From the human T2T-CHM13v2.0 reference genome, Homo sapiens, in assembly GCF_009914755.1 (NCBI RefSeq), contig NC_060926.1: a stretch of 64,000 nt of DNA; one strand, given 5' to 3'. Positions 1-17,918 of this stretch are shown piece by piece. The notes below the pieces were generated by a model. That model was not told the DNA's origin and made no database searches. It was given only the letters and a program-made list of their open reading frames with translations. A program made the translations under genes and the position numbers. Every line of letters starts with the position of its first letter. Positions within the stretch are counted from its first letter, which is position 1.

Positions 1-576
1 TGGTGATTCCTCAAGGATCTAAAACTAGAAATACCATTTGACCCAGACATCCCACTACTGGGTATATACCCAAAGAATTATAAATCATGCTGCTATAAAG
101 ACACATGTACACATATGTTTATTGTGGCACTATTCACAATAGCAAAGACTTGGAACCAACCCCAATGTCCATCAATGATAGACTGGATTAAGAAAATGTG
201 GCACATATACACCATGGAATACTATGCAGCCATAAAAAAGGATGAGTTCATGTCCTTTGTAGGGACATGGATGAAGCTGGAAACCATCATTCTCAGGGAA
301 CTATCGCAAGGACAAAAAAGCAAACACCGCATGTTCTCACTCATAGGTGGGAATTGAACAATGAGAACACGTGGACACAGGAAGGGGAACATCACACAGT
401 GGGGCCTGTCATGGGGAGGGGGGAGGCGGGAGGGATAGCATTAGGAGATATACCTAATGTAAATGACGAGTTAATGGGTGCAGCACACCAACATGGCACA
501 TGTATTCATATGTAACAAACCTGCACTTTGTGCACATGTACCCTAGAACTTAAAGTATAATAAAAAAAATTAAAAA
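1..576 (+). mobile_element. L1PA (L1PA4/5-like) 3' end: ORF2 C-terminus, 3'UTR, poly(A)
   Basis: ORF 115..357 matches the ORF2p C-terminus (ALFTIAKTWNQP...MFSLIGGN). 3'UTR ...ATGTACCCTAGAACTTAAAGTATAAT precedes an A tail. Element continues beyond the window start. Confidence 0.92.
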
Positions 577-1713
577 GGGAAAATTACAACTGGTACTGCA
601 AATATTCAAGGGATCATTAGTGGCTACTATGAGCAATTATATGCCAATAAATTGGAAAATCTAGAAAAACTTGAAAATCTTGTGGGTTCTATACAACCTA
701 TCAAGATTGAACTTAATTGAACAGACCAATAACATACAAGACTGAAACTGTAATAAAAAGTTTGGCAGTGAAGAAAACCTCAGGACTTAATGGCTTCACA
801 CCTGATTTCTATCAAATATTTAAAGAATAAATAATACCATACCAGTTGTACTCAAACTATTTCCACAACTAGAGGAGAAAATGTTTCTAAACTCGTTCTA
901 TGAGGCCAGTATTACCCTGATATCAAACCTAACAAAGACCCATCAATAAAATAATGCTACAGGCCAATATCTCTGATGAATATTAATGCAAACATTTTCA
1001 ATAAAATACTAGCAAACTGAATTCACCAGTACATGAGAAAGATCATTTATTATAGATCATTTATTATGACCAAATGCGATTTATCCCTGGGATGCAAGAA
1101 TGATTCAACATACACAAATCAATCAACATGATACATCATGTCAATGGAATGAAGGATAAAAACCATACAATCATTTCAATTGATGCTGAAAAGGCATTTC
1201 ATAAAATTCATCATCTCTTAATGATAAAAATCATCAAAAAAAAGAACTAGAAATAGAGAGAACATAGCTCAACATAATAAAAGCCTTATATGACAGGCCC
1301 ACAGGTAGTATCATACTGAATGGGGATAAACTAAAAGCCTTTCCTCTAAGATCTGGAACATGACAAATATGGCCACTGTCACCACTGTTATTCAACGTAG
1401 TACTGGAATTCCTAGCTAGAGCAATTACACAAGAGAAGATATAAAGGGCATCCAAATTGGAAAATAAGAAGTTAAAATATCCTTGTTGGCTGATGATATG
1501 ATCCTACATTTGGAAAAACCTAAGGACTCCACAGGAAAATTATTTAGAACTGATTGACAAATTTAGCAAAGTTGTAGGCTATAAAATCAACATACAAAAA
1601 TCAATAACATTTCTATATGCCAACAGAGAACAATGTGAAAAAGAAATAAAAAGATAATCCTCTATACAATAGCCGCAAATAAAATTAAACATGAAGGAAT
1701 TAACCTAACCAAG
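577..1713 (+). mobile_element. Older degraded L1 ORF2 fragment (RT region; L1PB/L1MA age)
   Basis: Recognisable ORF2 motifs (TTCTATGAGGCCAGTATTACCCTGATA, TTGATGCTGAAAAGGCATT, GCTGATGATATGATC) with many stops and frameshifts. The younger L1PA at 1-576 abuts it. Confidence 0.85.
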
Positions 1714-3329
1714 GCATTGTACACAAAGCCTATAGTTCAATGAGAAAACAGTTTGGTAGATAAGGCAGCTCTACGAGGAAAAGAGCTTGTAGGGATATAT
1801 TGATAAGTATAGGACTCGGTAAATGTTATTTACTGAATGTTGTTCTTGTATTTGATAAACCTCCAATTCTGATTCTAAAAATTATATTTCCATTTAGAAT
1901 TTTCATAACAATAGTGAATTGCAACTCTTTCAGTCTTCCAAACAAATCCTTTTTATTATCTTTATTATTCAATGAGAAGCAAAATTCAAGTTTATCATGC
2001 CAACTAACCTTTCTCAAGAGAAAGGTATAGCTGTTAATACACAAAGAGTTTTATTTTCTAATGAGAGTTTATCTGTACTCAAAAAAGTAGTTTGTTTTGT
2101 TGTTGTCGATTTAAATGTTATATAACTGGTTAACATAAACTTTTTTTTAATGTTTCTGTAGCTTTAGGACAATGACTTTAGACGATTTCTTTTCCTGCAT
2201 TTTAAAGATTCATGTCATATGTTTTAATTTAATACAACTTATACTTTTTTTCTCTATGTGTGTTTTTCTTTAAAAAGCATCAATGGTGTATATAATATTT
2301 ATATACATCAAATAGTTAATCAAAATAGTAGTCAAAAGATAATTATTATCTTATTTATCTGTCACAACACTGTGCTAGGCATGGGGTAGCCAAGAGGCAA
2401 ATTGTATAATATGCTGAAAGGAAACATATTATTTGTTTTATATAAAATATACTGAAAAATAATTATGTGTTACAGTACATGACTCTGTTAGAGCAACAAT
2501 AATAGAGAAAAAAACATAGAATGGATATCAACTGGAATCATTCAGCTTGAAAGGGGACTCCAAGCAGAGATACTACTTACATAACAGAAAGATGGAGAGC
2601 AGGATGTTTTCGATTTCATTCTAAAAATGATAAGTTAACAGCCTTCTAAAAGGTTAACAATTAGACTTTATCTGTCATACCAATTGTAATCATTACTAGA
2701 GAATGCCAAATATGTGGAGTAGGATTCCACGGTCACATACATTTTCAGAAGGAAATCGTTCCAGGTTGTGATAGAAAAGTATTCTAGGATATGGGAGAAA
2801 GGGATGAAAGCACATGTGGCATATATTTACTATCCCTGGAGAATATATGTAAGCAACATCTAGTATAAAAAGAGAAAAGAATCATGTGCAAAAATATGGA
2901 GGTGATCCTTAATGTACTGTGTTGGAAGGATACTCAATAAATTGACAGTTTTGATTTATAAAAATTTATGTTAGAAACTATAAGAAAATGATTTATTCTT
3001 TTTCTCTGCACCTCACTGTTTGTCAACCAGTGTATTTATTGGTCAACCTTTGCCCTTTACTATAATACTTTTACTGTTCCTAACATCTTAGTTTCCTTCA
3101 CTCTATTTTACCAGTGTTTTTAAATCAAAGGCTGCATCATGAAATGGAAGTTATAATTAAAGAGAAGGAAGCATATCTACTCCTTGTGTTTGGGACTAGA
3201 GAGGGAACTGACAAGTGGGAGTGAAGAACTGCCCAAATAGATTACAATTTACAGGAGTAAGTTGCTCACCGCTCCTCACTGCAACCTTGTTTTAAAATTT
3301 CCCTGTTGCTCTTCCTTCCATATACACAC

Positions 3330-3740
3330 ACAGCTTGAACATTCTAAACTGCTTGCAATTTAAGAAGAGGTCCTTTTTACCTCTTTCCCATATTCAGCTT
3401 CTGCCTGTAATGGTTCATTGCCTATCCCTACATTCCCAATCCCACCCTTCCTAAATCTGCACTGCTATTATGATTATTGAATAATTTAATTCAATTTAGG
3501 TTCTAATTTTTTGCAGTTTCCATATCCTAAGCCAAATAAATCAGGTATCCATCTGATCCATTAATATACTGTGCATATAGACTTTTTAAAGCTCTTTTTT
3601 TTACATTGTTTTGCCTCTCAATACATCTCTCTTCCCACTAATTGGTGAGCTCTTTTATAACAGGGACATTCTCTTGTATTTGGAGTGTCTCAAACAGTGA
3701 CTAAGAAGCATACAGTAGCTGTTGAATAAATATTTGTTCA
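3330..3740 (+). mobile_element. L2 3' fragment
   Basis: Degenerate L2 3' end (GTGAGCTC...CAGGGAC...CAGTGACT...GAATAAATATTTGTT). Boundaries approximate. Confidence 0.5.
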
Positions 3741-4264
3741 AAAGATAAAAGTAAATTTAAAATAAAACATTCTCTAATCTCATTTATTGAAAGAATTGTG
3801 CTTTCATTGAACAGAAAAAGCTCACAAAGCATTTCTATTGCACTTGTTTCTGACTTAACTAGCTCTGTGATTATAACTTCCTTTATTGCTCTGTTAAGTT
3901 CTTTGTTCAAGACACAAAGTTATAAAAAATAGCATTTGGGCTCTCTTCCCAAAATCTAATGAAACTTTGAGGAGAACACATTACATTAATCAGTTTTCCT
4001 GTTAGTATGTACATGCAAAGTGTATTCCACTCTCCTAAGTAAATTATCAGTTTGATTAAACACTTATATTATAAATGATTGTAAAATTAATGAAAACTGT
4101 TATGTTTTAAAGTAGAAATATATTAATTTTTGAAATCAGAAAATGAATGAACATTGTCTATGAATATTACAGAAATAATCATGAGAAAAATGCAAAATAT
4201 TTCAATAACATTCGCATTTAAAAATATATGTAACTATATTTTTCCAGGTTAATAAAGTTATAAC

Positions 4265-7200
4265 AGAAAAATAAATATTGTATATATTTAAAGTGTACAA
4301 CATGATGATTTGTTATATATACACACACACACACACACATAATGTATTATGGAATGATTACCAAAACCAGGCTAATTAATACATCCATCACCTCACATAG
4401 ATACCCTTTTTATAGTAGTGAGATCTCTTAAGATCTACTCTTAGTAAATTTCAAATAAACACTATCGTGTTATTAACTATAGTCATCATGCTGTATATTA
4501 AATGCCCAGAATTTAATTATGTTATAGTTTAAATGTATTCTTTGAATCAACATCCCTCGACCCCACCTGGAAATCAATATTTAACTCTCTAGCTATATGA
4601 GTTCAACTTTTTTGGATTTCACATAAAAATGAAATCATATAGTATTTCTTTTTCTTTCTTTCTGTGTCTTGAATTTAGCATAATGTTCTCCAGCTTCATC
4701 CATTTTTTCACAAATGTTAGGTTTTCCTTGCTTTTTATGTTTGAATAACATTCTGGTGTGTGTGTGTGTGTGTATCAAATTTTCCAAAATCATATCAAAT
4801 AATTACCAAAATTATACCAAATTTTGTTTAACCATTCATCTGTCAATGGACACTCAAGTTGTTTGTATAACTTGGCTATTGTGAATAATGCTGCAATGAA
4901 CATAGGAATGCAGATATCTCTTTAGAGATTGATTTTTCTTTGTATAATGCCTAGAACTGGAATTGCTGGATAATAAGGAACTTCCATTTAAATTTTTTGA
5001 AGAATTTTCATACTCTTTTTCATAATTGGTCTACCAATTTATAATTTGCATTCACCAAGAATGTACAAGGGATCCGTTTCTCTACACCCTAGTCAATACC
5101 TATCTCTTGTCTTTTGATTACAGTCATTCTAAGAGGTGTGAGGTGATATCTCATGGTATTTATCTGCATTTCCATGATTAGTGATGTTGAGCACCTTTTC
5201 ATGTAACTGTTAGACATTTGTATGTCTTCTTTCAAAAAATGTCTATTCATGTCCTTTGCCTATTTGTTGTTGTTACTTGCTATTGATTTCTATGAATTTA
5301 TTTGGTCTGGATATGAACCCGTTAACATATATATGATTTACATTTTTTTCTCATTCCAAAGGTTGCCTTTTCATTTTAATGATTATTTCCTGTGGTGCGA
5401 AGAAACTTTTTAGTTTAATATGCCTCACTTGTTTATTTTTGCTTTCATTGCCAATACTTTGGTGTCACTTCCAAAAAAATCATTGGCACCACCAAAGTCA
5501 AGTTTATCCTTTTTTTCTAAGTATTTTATGGTTTCAGGTCTTATATTTAAGTCTTTAATTAATTTCAATATAATTTTTGTAAGGTAGGTGTCTAATGTCA
5601 TTCTTCTGGCTGTGCACATCCAGGTTTTTCAACATCATTTAATGATGAGTATACGTTACTGTTTGTGTGTTCTTAGAGATCTTGCCAAAAATTAGTTGGC
5701 CATATGAACCTGGGTTAATTTCTGGGCTCTCTAATCTGTTTTATTTGTCTATGTGTCTCTTTTTATGCTAGGTCCATACTGTTTCGATTACTGTAGCTTT
5801 GCTATAGCTTTGTAATATGAAATTACGAGAGGTGTAATGCCTCCAGTTTTGTTCATTTTACTCGAGATTGCTTTTGCTATTTGAGGTCTTTTGTAGTTCC
5901 ATACAATTTTACAATTGATTTTTTCTGTCTCTGTGAAAAATGACATGGGAATATTGGTAAGGATTGCATTGAATCTATAGATTACTATAAGGGTATAGAC
6001 ATTTTAACAATATTAATTTTTCAAATCTGAGACTATTGGGTATTATTTTTTCATTTATTTGTGGTCTTCTTCAGTTTCTTTCATTAACGTCTTTTAGTTA
6101 ATGCACAGATTAATTAATGAACTGATCTTTCTGTTCCTCAGCTAATTTATTACTAAGTATATAATTTATTACTAAGTATGGAATTGTTTCTTATTATAAA
6201 TGGAACTGTTTCCTCAATTTCCTTTTTAGGTAGTTTGTTGTTAGTATATGGAAAAGCAGCTAATATTTTTATGTTGATTTTGTATCCTGTAACATTACTA
6301 AACTAGATTATTGGTTGTATTAGATTTTGGTACAGTCTTTAGGGTTTTCTATATGTAAGATCATGTCATCTGCAATCAGAAACAATTTAACTTCTTCCAT
6401 TCTGCTTTGGATGCAATTTTTTTCTTGTCTAATTGCTCTGTCTAGGACTTCCAGTATTAGGTTTAATAGACGTGGTAAGATTGGGCACCTTTGTCTAGTT
6501 CCTAATCTCGGGGAAAAAGTTTTCATCTTTACACCATTGATTATGATGTTATTTGTATGCTTTTTATATATGGCTCTTATTTTGTTGAGGTCTATTCTCT
6601 TGATACCTAATCACCAAATGATGTTGAATATTGTCAAATGATTTTTTTTTGCATGTATTGGGAAGATCATATGACATTCATTATTCTGATAAGGTGGCTT
6701 ATTATGTTATTGATTTGCATATGTTGACACATATTTAATCATGGTGAATAGTCCTTCCAATGTGCTGTTTAATTTGGTTTACTAGTATTTTGTTAAGGAT
6801 ATTTTATATATGTGTTTGTCAGGGTTATTGGTCTGCAATTTAATTTTTTTGTAGTGTCCTTGTATGGCTTTGGTACGAGGCTAATTCTGGCCTTGTAAAA
6901 TGAGTTTGGACGTATTCCATCCTCTTCAATTTATTGGAAGACTTTGAGAAGGATTGGTATTAATTCCTCTTTAAATTTTGATAAAATTCATCCATGAAAT
7001 CTGGTCCTAGGTTTGTCTTTATTGGGTGTTTTTTTAATTCTATTTCAATCCCATTATTCCTTATTCATCTATTCAGATATTCTATTTCTTTATGGTTTAG
7101 TCTTGGTAGGCTGTATGTTTTTAGGAATTTATTCATTTCCTCTAGATTATTCAACTTGCTGGTGTATAATTGTTCATCTGTCGTCTCTTACTGTTCATCT

Positions 7201-10200
7201 CAGTCGCTTATAATTGTTCATCTGTTCATATGTAGTCTCTTTGTATTTCTGTGGTATCAGTTGTAATGTTATTTACATTATAATTTTATTGTTTATGTCC
7301 TCTGGTGTTTTTTTGTTTGTTTGTTTAGCTAAAGGCTTGTCAGTTTTGTTTATCTTTTCAAACCAACTCTTAGTTTTATTGATATTTTAAAATTGTCTTT
7401 CTAGTCTCTATTTCATTTATTTCTGATCTGATTCTCATTATTTTCTTTCTTAAGCTAACTTAGAGTTTAGTTTTTTCCTCTTTTTCTAGTTTCTTGAAAC
7501 ATAAATTTATATTTTTTATTTAATATTTTTTTCTAATGTATTTATTGCTAAAAATTTCTCTTTTAGAACTAACTCTTTTTAATAATTTAAGCATGAGTTT
7601 TGGCATGTTGTATTTCTGTTTTCATATTTCTCAAGATACTTTTTGATTCTCTTTTGATTGATCCATTGGTCGTTCAGAATGTAGTATTTAATTTCCACAT
7701 ATTCAGAATTTTTCAATTTTCTTTCTGTTATTGATTTCCATTTATGTACCATTATAGTTGGAAAGGACACTTGATATTACATTATTCCAATCTTTTAAAA
7801 TGTGTTGGAATTTTTTTTATCTAACACATGATCTATTTTGGAGAATATTCTATGTGAGCTTGAGAATTTGTATTCTGCTATGTTGATTGGGATGTTCTGT
7901 ACAAGTCTGTTAGGTTCAGTTGGTCAGTAGTGTTATTTAAGCCTGCTGTCTCCTTATTGATTTTATGTCTGAATGATTATCCACTGTTGAAAGTGGGGTT
8001 TTAAAGTCTACTATTATTATTGTATTGCTGTTTATTTCTTGGTTCAGTTCTTTTAATAATTGCTTTATATAGTTAGGTGTTCTCATGTTGGATGCATATG
8101 TATTTGCAATTCTTATACCTTCTTGATGAATTAAGCCCTTTATCATTATTTATGACTTTCTCAGTCTCTTGTGATGGATTTTGACTGAAAGACCATTTTG
8201 TCAAATTTAAGTATAGCCACACCTTCTCAATTTTTGTTACCATTTGCTTGGAATATCTCTGTCTTTCACTATCAGCTCAAGTGTGTCATTAAAGATGAAG
8301 GAAGTCTTTTCTAGGTAGCATATTGTACATGTCGGCTTTCTATGCATTCAGACACTCTGTGTCTTTGACAGGATAATTTAAATTTACATTTAAAGAAATA
8401 TTGATAGGTAAGAACCCACTATTGCCTTTTTGAGAATTCTTTTCAGTTTTGTTACTCATTTGTCCCTTTCTTCCTCCCTTGCTATCTTCCTATGTAATTT
8501 GTTGATTTATTTTAGTGGTAGGCTTTGATTTCTTCACTATATCTTTTGAGTATTTGCCAGGGATTATTTCTTCGTGGTTGCCATGAACCTTACATAAAAT
8601 ATTTTAGAGTTGTAAGAGTCCATGTTCAATTGATAACAACCTAACTTCAGTTGCATGCAAAATTGCTACACTTTTACTTCCCTTATCACCACACAGTAAA
8701 TTATTGATGTTACACTTTACATGCTTCTATGTTACATATGCATTTAAAATTATTGTAGCTATCATAATTTCAAAATACTTGTTTCTTTCAACTTTTATAC
8801 TAGAGTTAAAAGTGATTTACACATCACTATTCAGTATTAGAATACTCTGAATTTACTATATATTTACATTTACCAGTGAATTTTATACTTTTATGTGAAT
8901 CTTTTTTTTTTCTTCTCTGTGTCATTTCTTTGGAACTTGAAGAACTCCCTCTAGTATTTCTTGTAAAGCAGGTCTAGTAGTAATAAACTCTCAGCTTTTA
9001 TCTGCTGAGAATTTTATATACAGCCTATGGACATACAGTTGTATATGACAATTCTCTTTTCTCTTGCTGCTTTCAAAATTATCTCTTTGACTTTGGCTTT
9101 TGACAATTTGATTATAGTGTGTCTCAGGACAATCTATTTTGCATTGATTTTGCTTGTGTGAACTTTTAAGCTTCCTGAATCTAGATGTCTATATCTTTCT
9201 CAAGATTGAGAACTTTTCAGCCATTATTTCTTTAAATAAGATTCTCATTTTTTTTCTCCCTCTCCATTCTCTGCTTGAGACTTCCACAATGCATATATGA
9301 TTTGTTGGATGATTCCCCATAAGTCCCACATAGTTAATTCACTCTTATTTATTCCCTTTTTACTTTTTTTCTTCACGGGCTAATTTCTAATAATCGGACG
9401 TCAAGTTCACTGATTTTTTTCTTTCATCTGACCGATTCTGCTGTTTAAACTCACAATTAAAATTTTTCAATTCTTTGTATTATTCAGCTCCAGATTTTCT
9501 GTCCCATTATTTGTTATAGTCTCAATATCTTTAATAAGCTTCTCTTTCTTTATGTGTTGTTTTTCTGATTTCGATTAGTTGTCTGTATGTCCTTTCTTCC
9601 ATCCCTTTGAGCTCTGTAAGATCATTATGAATTTGTAGATCTCTATTTCTTTGTGGTGGCTATAGGAGCTTTAATAGTTTCCTTCCATGGTGTTGCGTTT
9701 GCCTGCTTCTTCAAAATGCATCTAGACTTGTGTTGGTGTCCGTACATTTGAAGGAGAAAATACCTTTTTTATCTTTACAGAATAGCTTCAACAGGTAAAA
9801 GCCTCCCCCTGTGGGCACCTGGACTTATCAGATTGCCTCAAATTGCAGCTGTGCTCAGATGGAGCCAGGTTATATGATTGCTGCTGTGTCTGCAGTGGGG
9901 TCCATGTGGTAAGTCTGCCACCAGGGACTAAGGCAAATGTCACTTGCTTGGTCCCTGGGTGGACAAGATACCTTCAGAACCTTGGATAGTCAGCTTAGTG
10001 CTGGACAAAAGTCTGCTTCAGAGACAGCAGTTCAGCCTGAAGATGGCAGGCTTATTACCAGGTACGTGAAAGAGTGTGGCTTTAATCAAGTCATTGGATG
10101 GATTCCTGGGAGAAAAGGCCTGAAACCATGGCTAAGAGGGTCTGAAACCAGGTAACAGGGATTCTTCAATGTCCGCAGCCATCACCAAGCCCTGCAGGCC

Positions 10201-10745
10201 TACCTCTGGGTATATGGAATATCTGGTTCATTGGAGGGCATAACTTCCTTCAGACTACGACTGAGCAAGACTGGAGCCAGGTTATACAGCTGCTTCAGGT
10301 TCCATAGTTGAACCAAGATTAGTGGCCCTGCCTTTGGGAATGTGGAGGAGTTTGTCTCCCACTGGGTCTTTGGGTGGTGAAGACTACTCTGGACCATGGC
10401 TGAGAAGGGGCTGGAGTTAAGTTACAAAGCCACTTCTGAGTCCACAGCCAGGACCAATGTAAGTGGGCCTGTTACCTGAGATACAGGTAGTCATTGCTCC
10501 TCCTTGGTCCCTTAGCTGATGGTGGTAGTGGTAGGGCAGAGGCCAAATGGGGTTGTGGCTGAGTGCACAGAAAGATGGACTGTTTCTACATCTGAAGTCA
10601 GGATTATGATTGGTGGACCTGCCCTCTGCGTAATGTCCTGTATTCTCAAAACACCCTTCCTCAGTTTTGGGTAGCCCTGGGTTTTGCAACCCCCTACCTG
10701 GATCTCAAAGCTCCAACTAAAGCAATTTTGTTTGTAAATTGCTGC
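4265..10745 (-). mobile_element. Near full-length ancient L1MA-type LINE (3'UTR, ORF2, ORF1, 5' region)
   Basis: L1MA 3' end (TTGTATATATTTAAAGTGTACAACATGATG) near 4280. Minus-strand ORF2 remnants include 6320..6526 (LFLIADDMILHIENPKD, RT) and 7937..8146 (NTYASNMRTPNYIKQLL...IIVDFKTPLS, endonuclease). ORF1-like sequence lies at ~8930-9700, with a GC-richer 5' region to ~10745. Confidence 0.85.
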
Positions 10746-11227
10746 CAAGTTACTATTGCTATGGAGAAATACAAGTGGAGGATGTGCTATTCCATCATCT
10801 TACTCTACATTCACTGCATTTTATGTCATAGCCTCATAGAACAAGAGGGATTTTAAATTTAATTTGTTCCATGTCTTTTATTTTACACTCTATAGATGAG
10901 GAAAACAAAGCTCTAAAAGTATAGAGGGATTTTACCAACATGAGATAATAATTTAGTAATAATATAATAGACCACCTAATTACTAACCTAGCGGTCTTTC
11001 CAGTGTAGACAATGTTACTTCAAAGATTTCAGTGATGTGGCATTTTTCTGCTTTACCGAAGACTTTCTCTGGATTTCCCTAATCTGACCAATAAACCAAA
11101 GGGCATTTCTTCCTTCGAAGTAGTCAATGCTAAAGAGAAAATATTTCATCTAAATTACTAGTTTCAAGGGAAATAATTTTCATGGAAAACAAAAAGAGGG
11201 ATGGAGTGGGGGAGAAAAGCAATTTTG

Positions 11228-11392
11228 TACCCAAGTCCACACTTAATATCATTAATAGGTTCTTGGAAACTGCAGCTTTAAGTAAAAACAAAGTATAGCA
11301 GGTTCTTGAATAACATCATTTCCTTAAACATTTTTCATTATAAAATTGAGGATAAAAAATTGGTTTTGTTATATATAGCTTCACATAAAGTC
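11228..11392. mobile_element. MER8-like (TcMar-Tigger) DNA transposon remnant
   Basis: AAGTCCACACTTAATATCATTAATAGGTTCTTGGAAACTGCAGCTTTAAG resembles the recalled MER8 consensus. Right end truncated. Confidence 0.6.
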
Positions 11393-12789
11393 TCTCTTCA
11401 TGTAACAAGATCTGGAGAGAGGGGGAATGGAATACAAGTTTAACAAAAGCAGAACATTTTCAGCAGTTGTTTGGACTCTTTGATCATTAAGCTCTCAGAA
11501 TGAATGCAAGAAAAGAGTACAGGAAAGAAAAAAAAAAAGGAGTTTCCCTTATGAAGCTTGTGGACATTGATGAATAGGAAAAATAGGCATTTGGTTTCCC
11601 AACACTTTTTTTGGTGTAAGCATTTAGTAGATGCTACCTATGTCACCAGACTTGGGAAGAACAGTTCAAGTGGTGGTATGGTCGGCCTTTGCATACAAAG
11701 TACCCCTGCCATTCCTGCAGTACATATGTGATGGGGCAGATTTGCCCCAGGTTTCCCATGATTTCAGCTTGGGGGATGTGTTGAGAATGGTGGTTAACAG
11801 GCTTGCCATAGTGTGTAGTATGGAATAAAGGGATGAACATTAGAGAAAGACCTTGTGATTGTCACCAGCTGGGGGGTGAAAAAAAGGAGCAGCTGAATTT
11901 CTCAGGAGTTCTCAATACTAAGGGAAATAAGTAGGAATAAACATGTGCCTAAAGCAGCCATCGTTTTAGACCAGGTCAGCCCTCAAAAGACATGAATATA
12001 TTTAATTTCACTGATAGCCATTCTTCCTCATTTCTACTTCCAGAGAATTGAAAGTATGGCAGAGAAGCTAAAAAAAAGAAAAAACAAAACTGAAAGACAT
12101 TTAATATGCTTCAGTTAGGATATTTAATGTGTACTTTGTTTAGCATAATTAATAATGAATTTGGAAAAAAATCGCTAGTTTCTACTAAATAGTCCTATAA
12201 AAAAAGTCATGAGGAAATCACCGGCTAAAAGAATATTCTTTCACCCTTGAAATACGTGTGTTTCTAAAAGTAGAACTTATTATTCAGTTATTCAAAGCAT
12301 GGATTGTAGGATCTAGTGGATTAGTGAACTGAGTTAATTCACTAAACAATGTAAGAGGTTAAAACTGGGAGCTCAGCAAAGTCAAGCCTTGTAGTAAAAA
12401 ATACCTTAGTCACTTCAAGACTGCAGATAGGCCACAACTTTCTGACCTGATATGAAAAATCAGTAGCTTTTCCATCACATAAAAATTAAGTATGTTAATA
12501 AAAATTTAGTAAAATTTCATAGAAGACAAATTTTATTTAAAAATTCAAGTTACAAATTCAAAATTGTGAACATCTGAACATGTATTAAAATGAGTTTTAT
12601 TCTTTCCTAATTTGAATCTAAAGAGATATGAGGCATTATTTTCCACTTTGGAAAATAATATATTATCAAGTAATTTTAAAAAATTATAAAATTATATTTT
12701 ATAATTCACACATTTCTTAAAATGATATTTATTTCTCTATATCTACATACATTCATTCTATTTATCTTTGGCAACTCAAAATTATCACT

Positions 12790-13625
12790 TAAAAATCAAT
12801 TTTTTTTTTACTGTATCACCTTGTTTCTTACCCATAGTATCTTTTCTTATTTCTGTTAAAGGCATCTCCAGCCATCCAATGTTCGAAAGTGAAAATTTTG
12901 TATTTGTCTCTGAGTCCTCACACTCTTACACTCCTGCTATTCAGCTAGCATTTCCATCTTACTGATATTTAACTCAAAGTTATTGTTTTAATCTAGCTTT
13001 TCTTTTTCTGATTTAATGAAATTGCTTTCTCTCCTTTATCTCCCACTTGGGCTATTATATCTGTTCACTGGTTTCTGGTACTAGGCCCTCCCTACGCCAG
13101 TATATCTTCTATTGTCTTGTTTTCAGTTTCCTCATTGTGCTTCTCTTACTTTATAGCTAAAAACCCTTTGTATGGCTACAGAAAAAAATCCAAACTGACT
13201 AAACAGACATTAAAAAAACTAACAAATTTTAGCTCAAATTACCATTTTAGGTTATTCTTCAAGTTCCTCTTCAATTTTCATTATTAATTCATGCAACAAT
13301 TCCTTTTTAGGTCAAACACTTTCTTGACATTCTACCTGTTATTACTTGAAACGCACTTTCTACTCATTCTTTGGTCCCCAATTTAATGCAAATCTTTCCC
13401 TATTTCCCAAGAGAAGAAATGTAGAGATGGTTAATCTTCCTATCCACCATTCCCTATTTACAATATCATTTCAAGCTGCACTTTTTATTGTAATATTAAT
13501 TTAAAGTCTCAGTTTTTACTAGATTACTATGAGATCAATGTTCAGGCCAAATTTTCTAATTTTTTTGTTTAGCACGTAACAGATCCTGGAGATCAGTAGA
13601 TGCTAAATAGATTGCTTTAATGAAT
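12790..13625 (+). mobile_element. L2 fragments
   Basis: Pyrimidine-rich L2-like body with a degenerate L2 3' end (CTAGATT...TTAGCACG...AGTAGATGCTAAATAGATTG...TGAATAAA). Confidence 0.45.
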
Positions 13626-13686
13626 AAAGGGTTTATTTAAATGAGAATATTAAATGAAGAAAAACTTTGATAGTTATGCATGTTTA

Positions 13687-16367
<2,681 letters not shown>

Positions 16368-17918
16368 TAAATAAAAGAAATGGCAAAAACATTAAAATAT
16401 TGAATTAAAAATTATATTTTTTGGAAAATATTTTATATAACATTTTAGAAAATATATCATTTCAATAAAAGTAACTCAGTTTATCTGAAATATAAATGAC
16501 AAGACTTTATCAAAAGTTGCTCTTGATACAGAAAATAAAGTGTAAAATAATTTTATACATGAGCAGCTTAAATGTGTAATATTAATGTTTTCTTTATGTT
16601 ATATAAATGTTCAGTTTGTTCAGTTCTTCAGGCTTACACATCTGTCTCGTTCTGATGGAACTGTTTAGATTCTTTTATTGATAGATATAAATAGCAGCAG
16701 CAAATGCTGAAATTCCCTATTATTTGTTGAAGATTTACTTTTTATAGGAGATAAAGACTTCTTTTATCCAAAGGTACTACAATGAATGAATTATTTTATT
16801 AAGCAATATCCCTTTTTATTATTTTTGTTAGATAAGACTTTGATTTCCTTGTGTTATTTACAACTTAATAGTTTTAAGGAGTAAATATTATAGTTTATTT
16901 CTAGCCTTTAGAAGACAACAGATTTCATATAAATGTAGAAACCCTTGAGAAGCACGGTGTCCAAAATGCTTTATGTTATCTCAATAATTATTTATACACT
17001 ATTTTTGAAGCACGTAATAATAAATAAAAAGTTTCTACATGCTTAAATTTTTTTTGGTACTTTGTTATCAGTAAGAAATATCACAACCCACACTTTAACA
17101 ACATACATCAAGGTTCTTTCATATTTCATTCATCTGCTCAAACCTGTAAATTTTTTCTGAGTTGTAACTCCACCCTCATGCCAACTACCATTTATCACAT
17201 TAAAGGGTTACTATGGCTGATTCCAGTTGTTCATGGTCTTAGCGTACAACCACTTGTCCCCATTTCTTTGTGTCACATTGATCATGCTCTCATATTTCTT
17301 TGGTTTCTTACATCCTTACTCATTCGCTTTCTTTTGGTCCAAGTCAATTTACATTAATTCAACAGAACTCAATCCAGAATCTTAATAATTCAGTAACTAT
17401 CTGAATTAGATTAACAGTATCCTAACAAAACCACTCTTACATAGTAAGGTAAGCAATATGTACTTTCACAGAAAATATTTAAAACATTAAGAGGTCAAAT
17501 TGCCTTCAATCCCTCTCAGACCCTGGAAAATATCAGTCACATTAAAACAAATTAAATTTTTTTCCATTTTATTTTTTTCCATTTTATTTTTTTCAATAAG
17601 TGGGTCTTCTAAGAATCTTTATAAGGGGAAATTTATTTGACTTGTTAAAAATATATTTTATTTTTTAAAGTATTTTATAAGTCATCAGATGTTTAACAGT
17701 TATTCTAAGAGAATGATTTTTATTTAGACAAATTTGTAAATTCATTTTTGTTAATTAACATTAATACATTGAAATTATTCATCATTAATTTTGATTTTTC
17801 TTATTTTTGTTCAACAATTTTATACAGTTTATAGGCACTTTTAGTTGTTTATAATAAAAATTATAGTAATGTTTTAAAATATATTTTTAATAATACTAGT
17901 ACAGTTTCTTGTACCCAG

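Noticed and set aside
12321-12345. Short hairpin TTAGTGAA...TTCACTAA (and an imperfect one near 28853)
   Set aside because: An 8-bp stem is expected by chance in AT-rich DNA.
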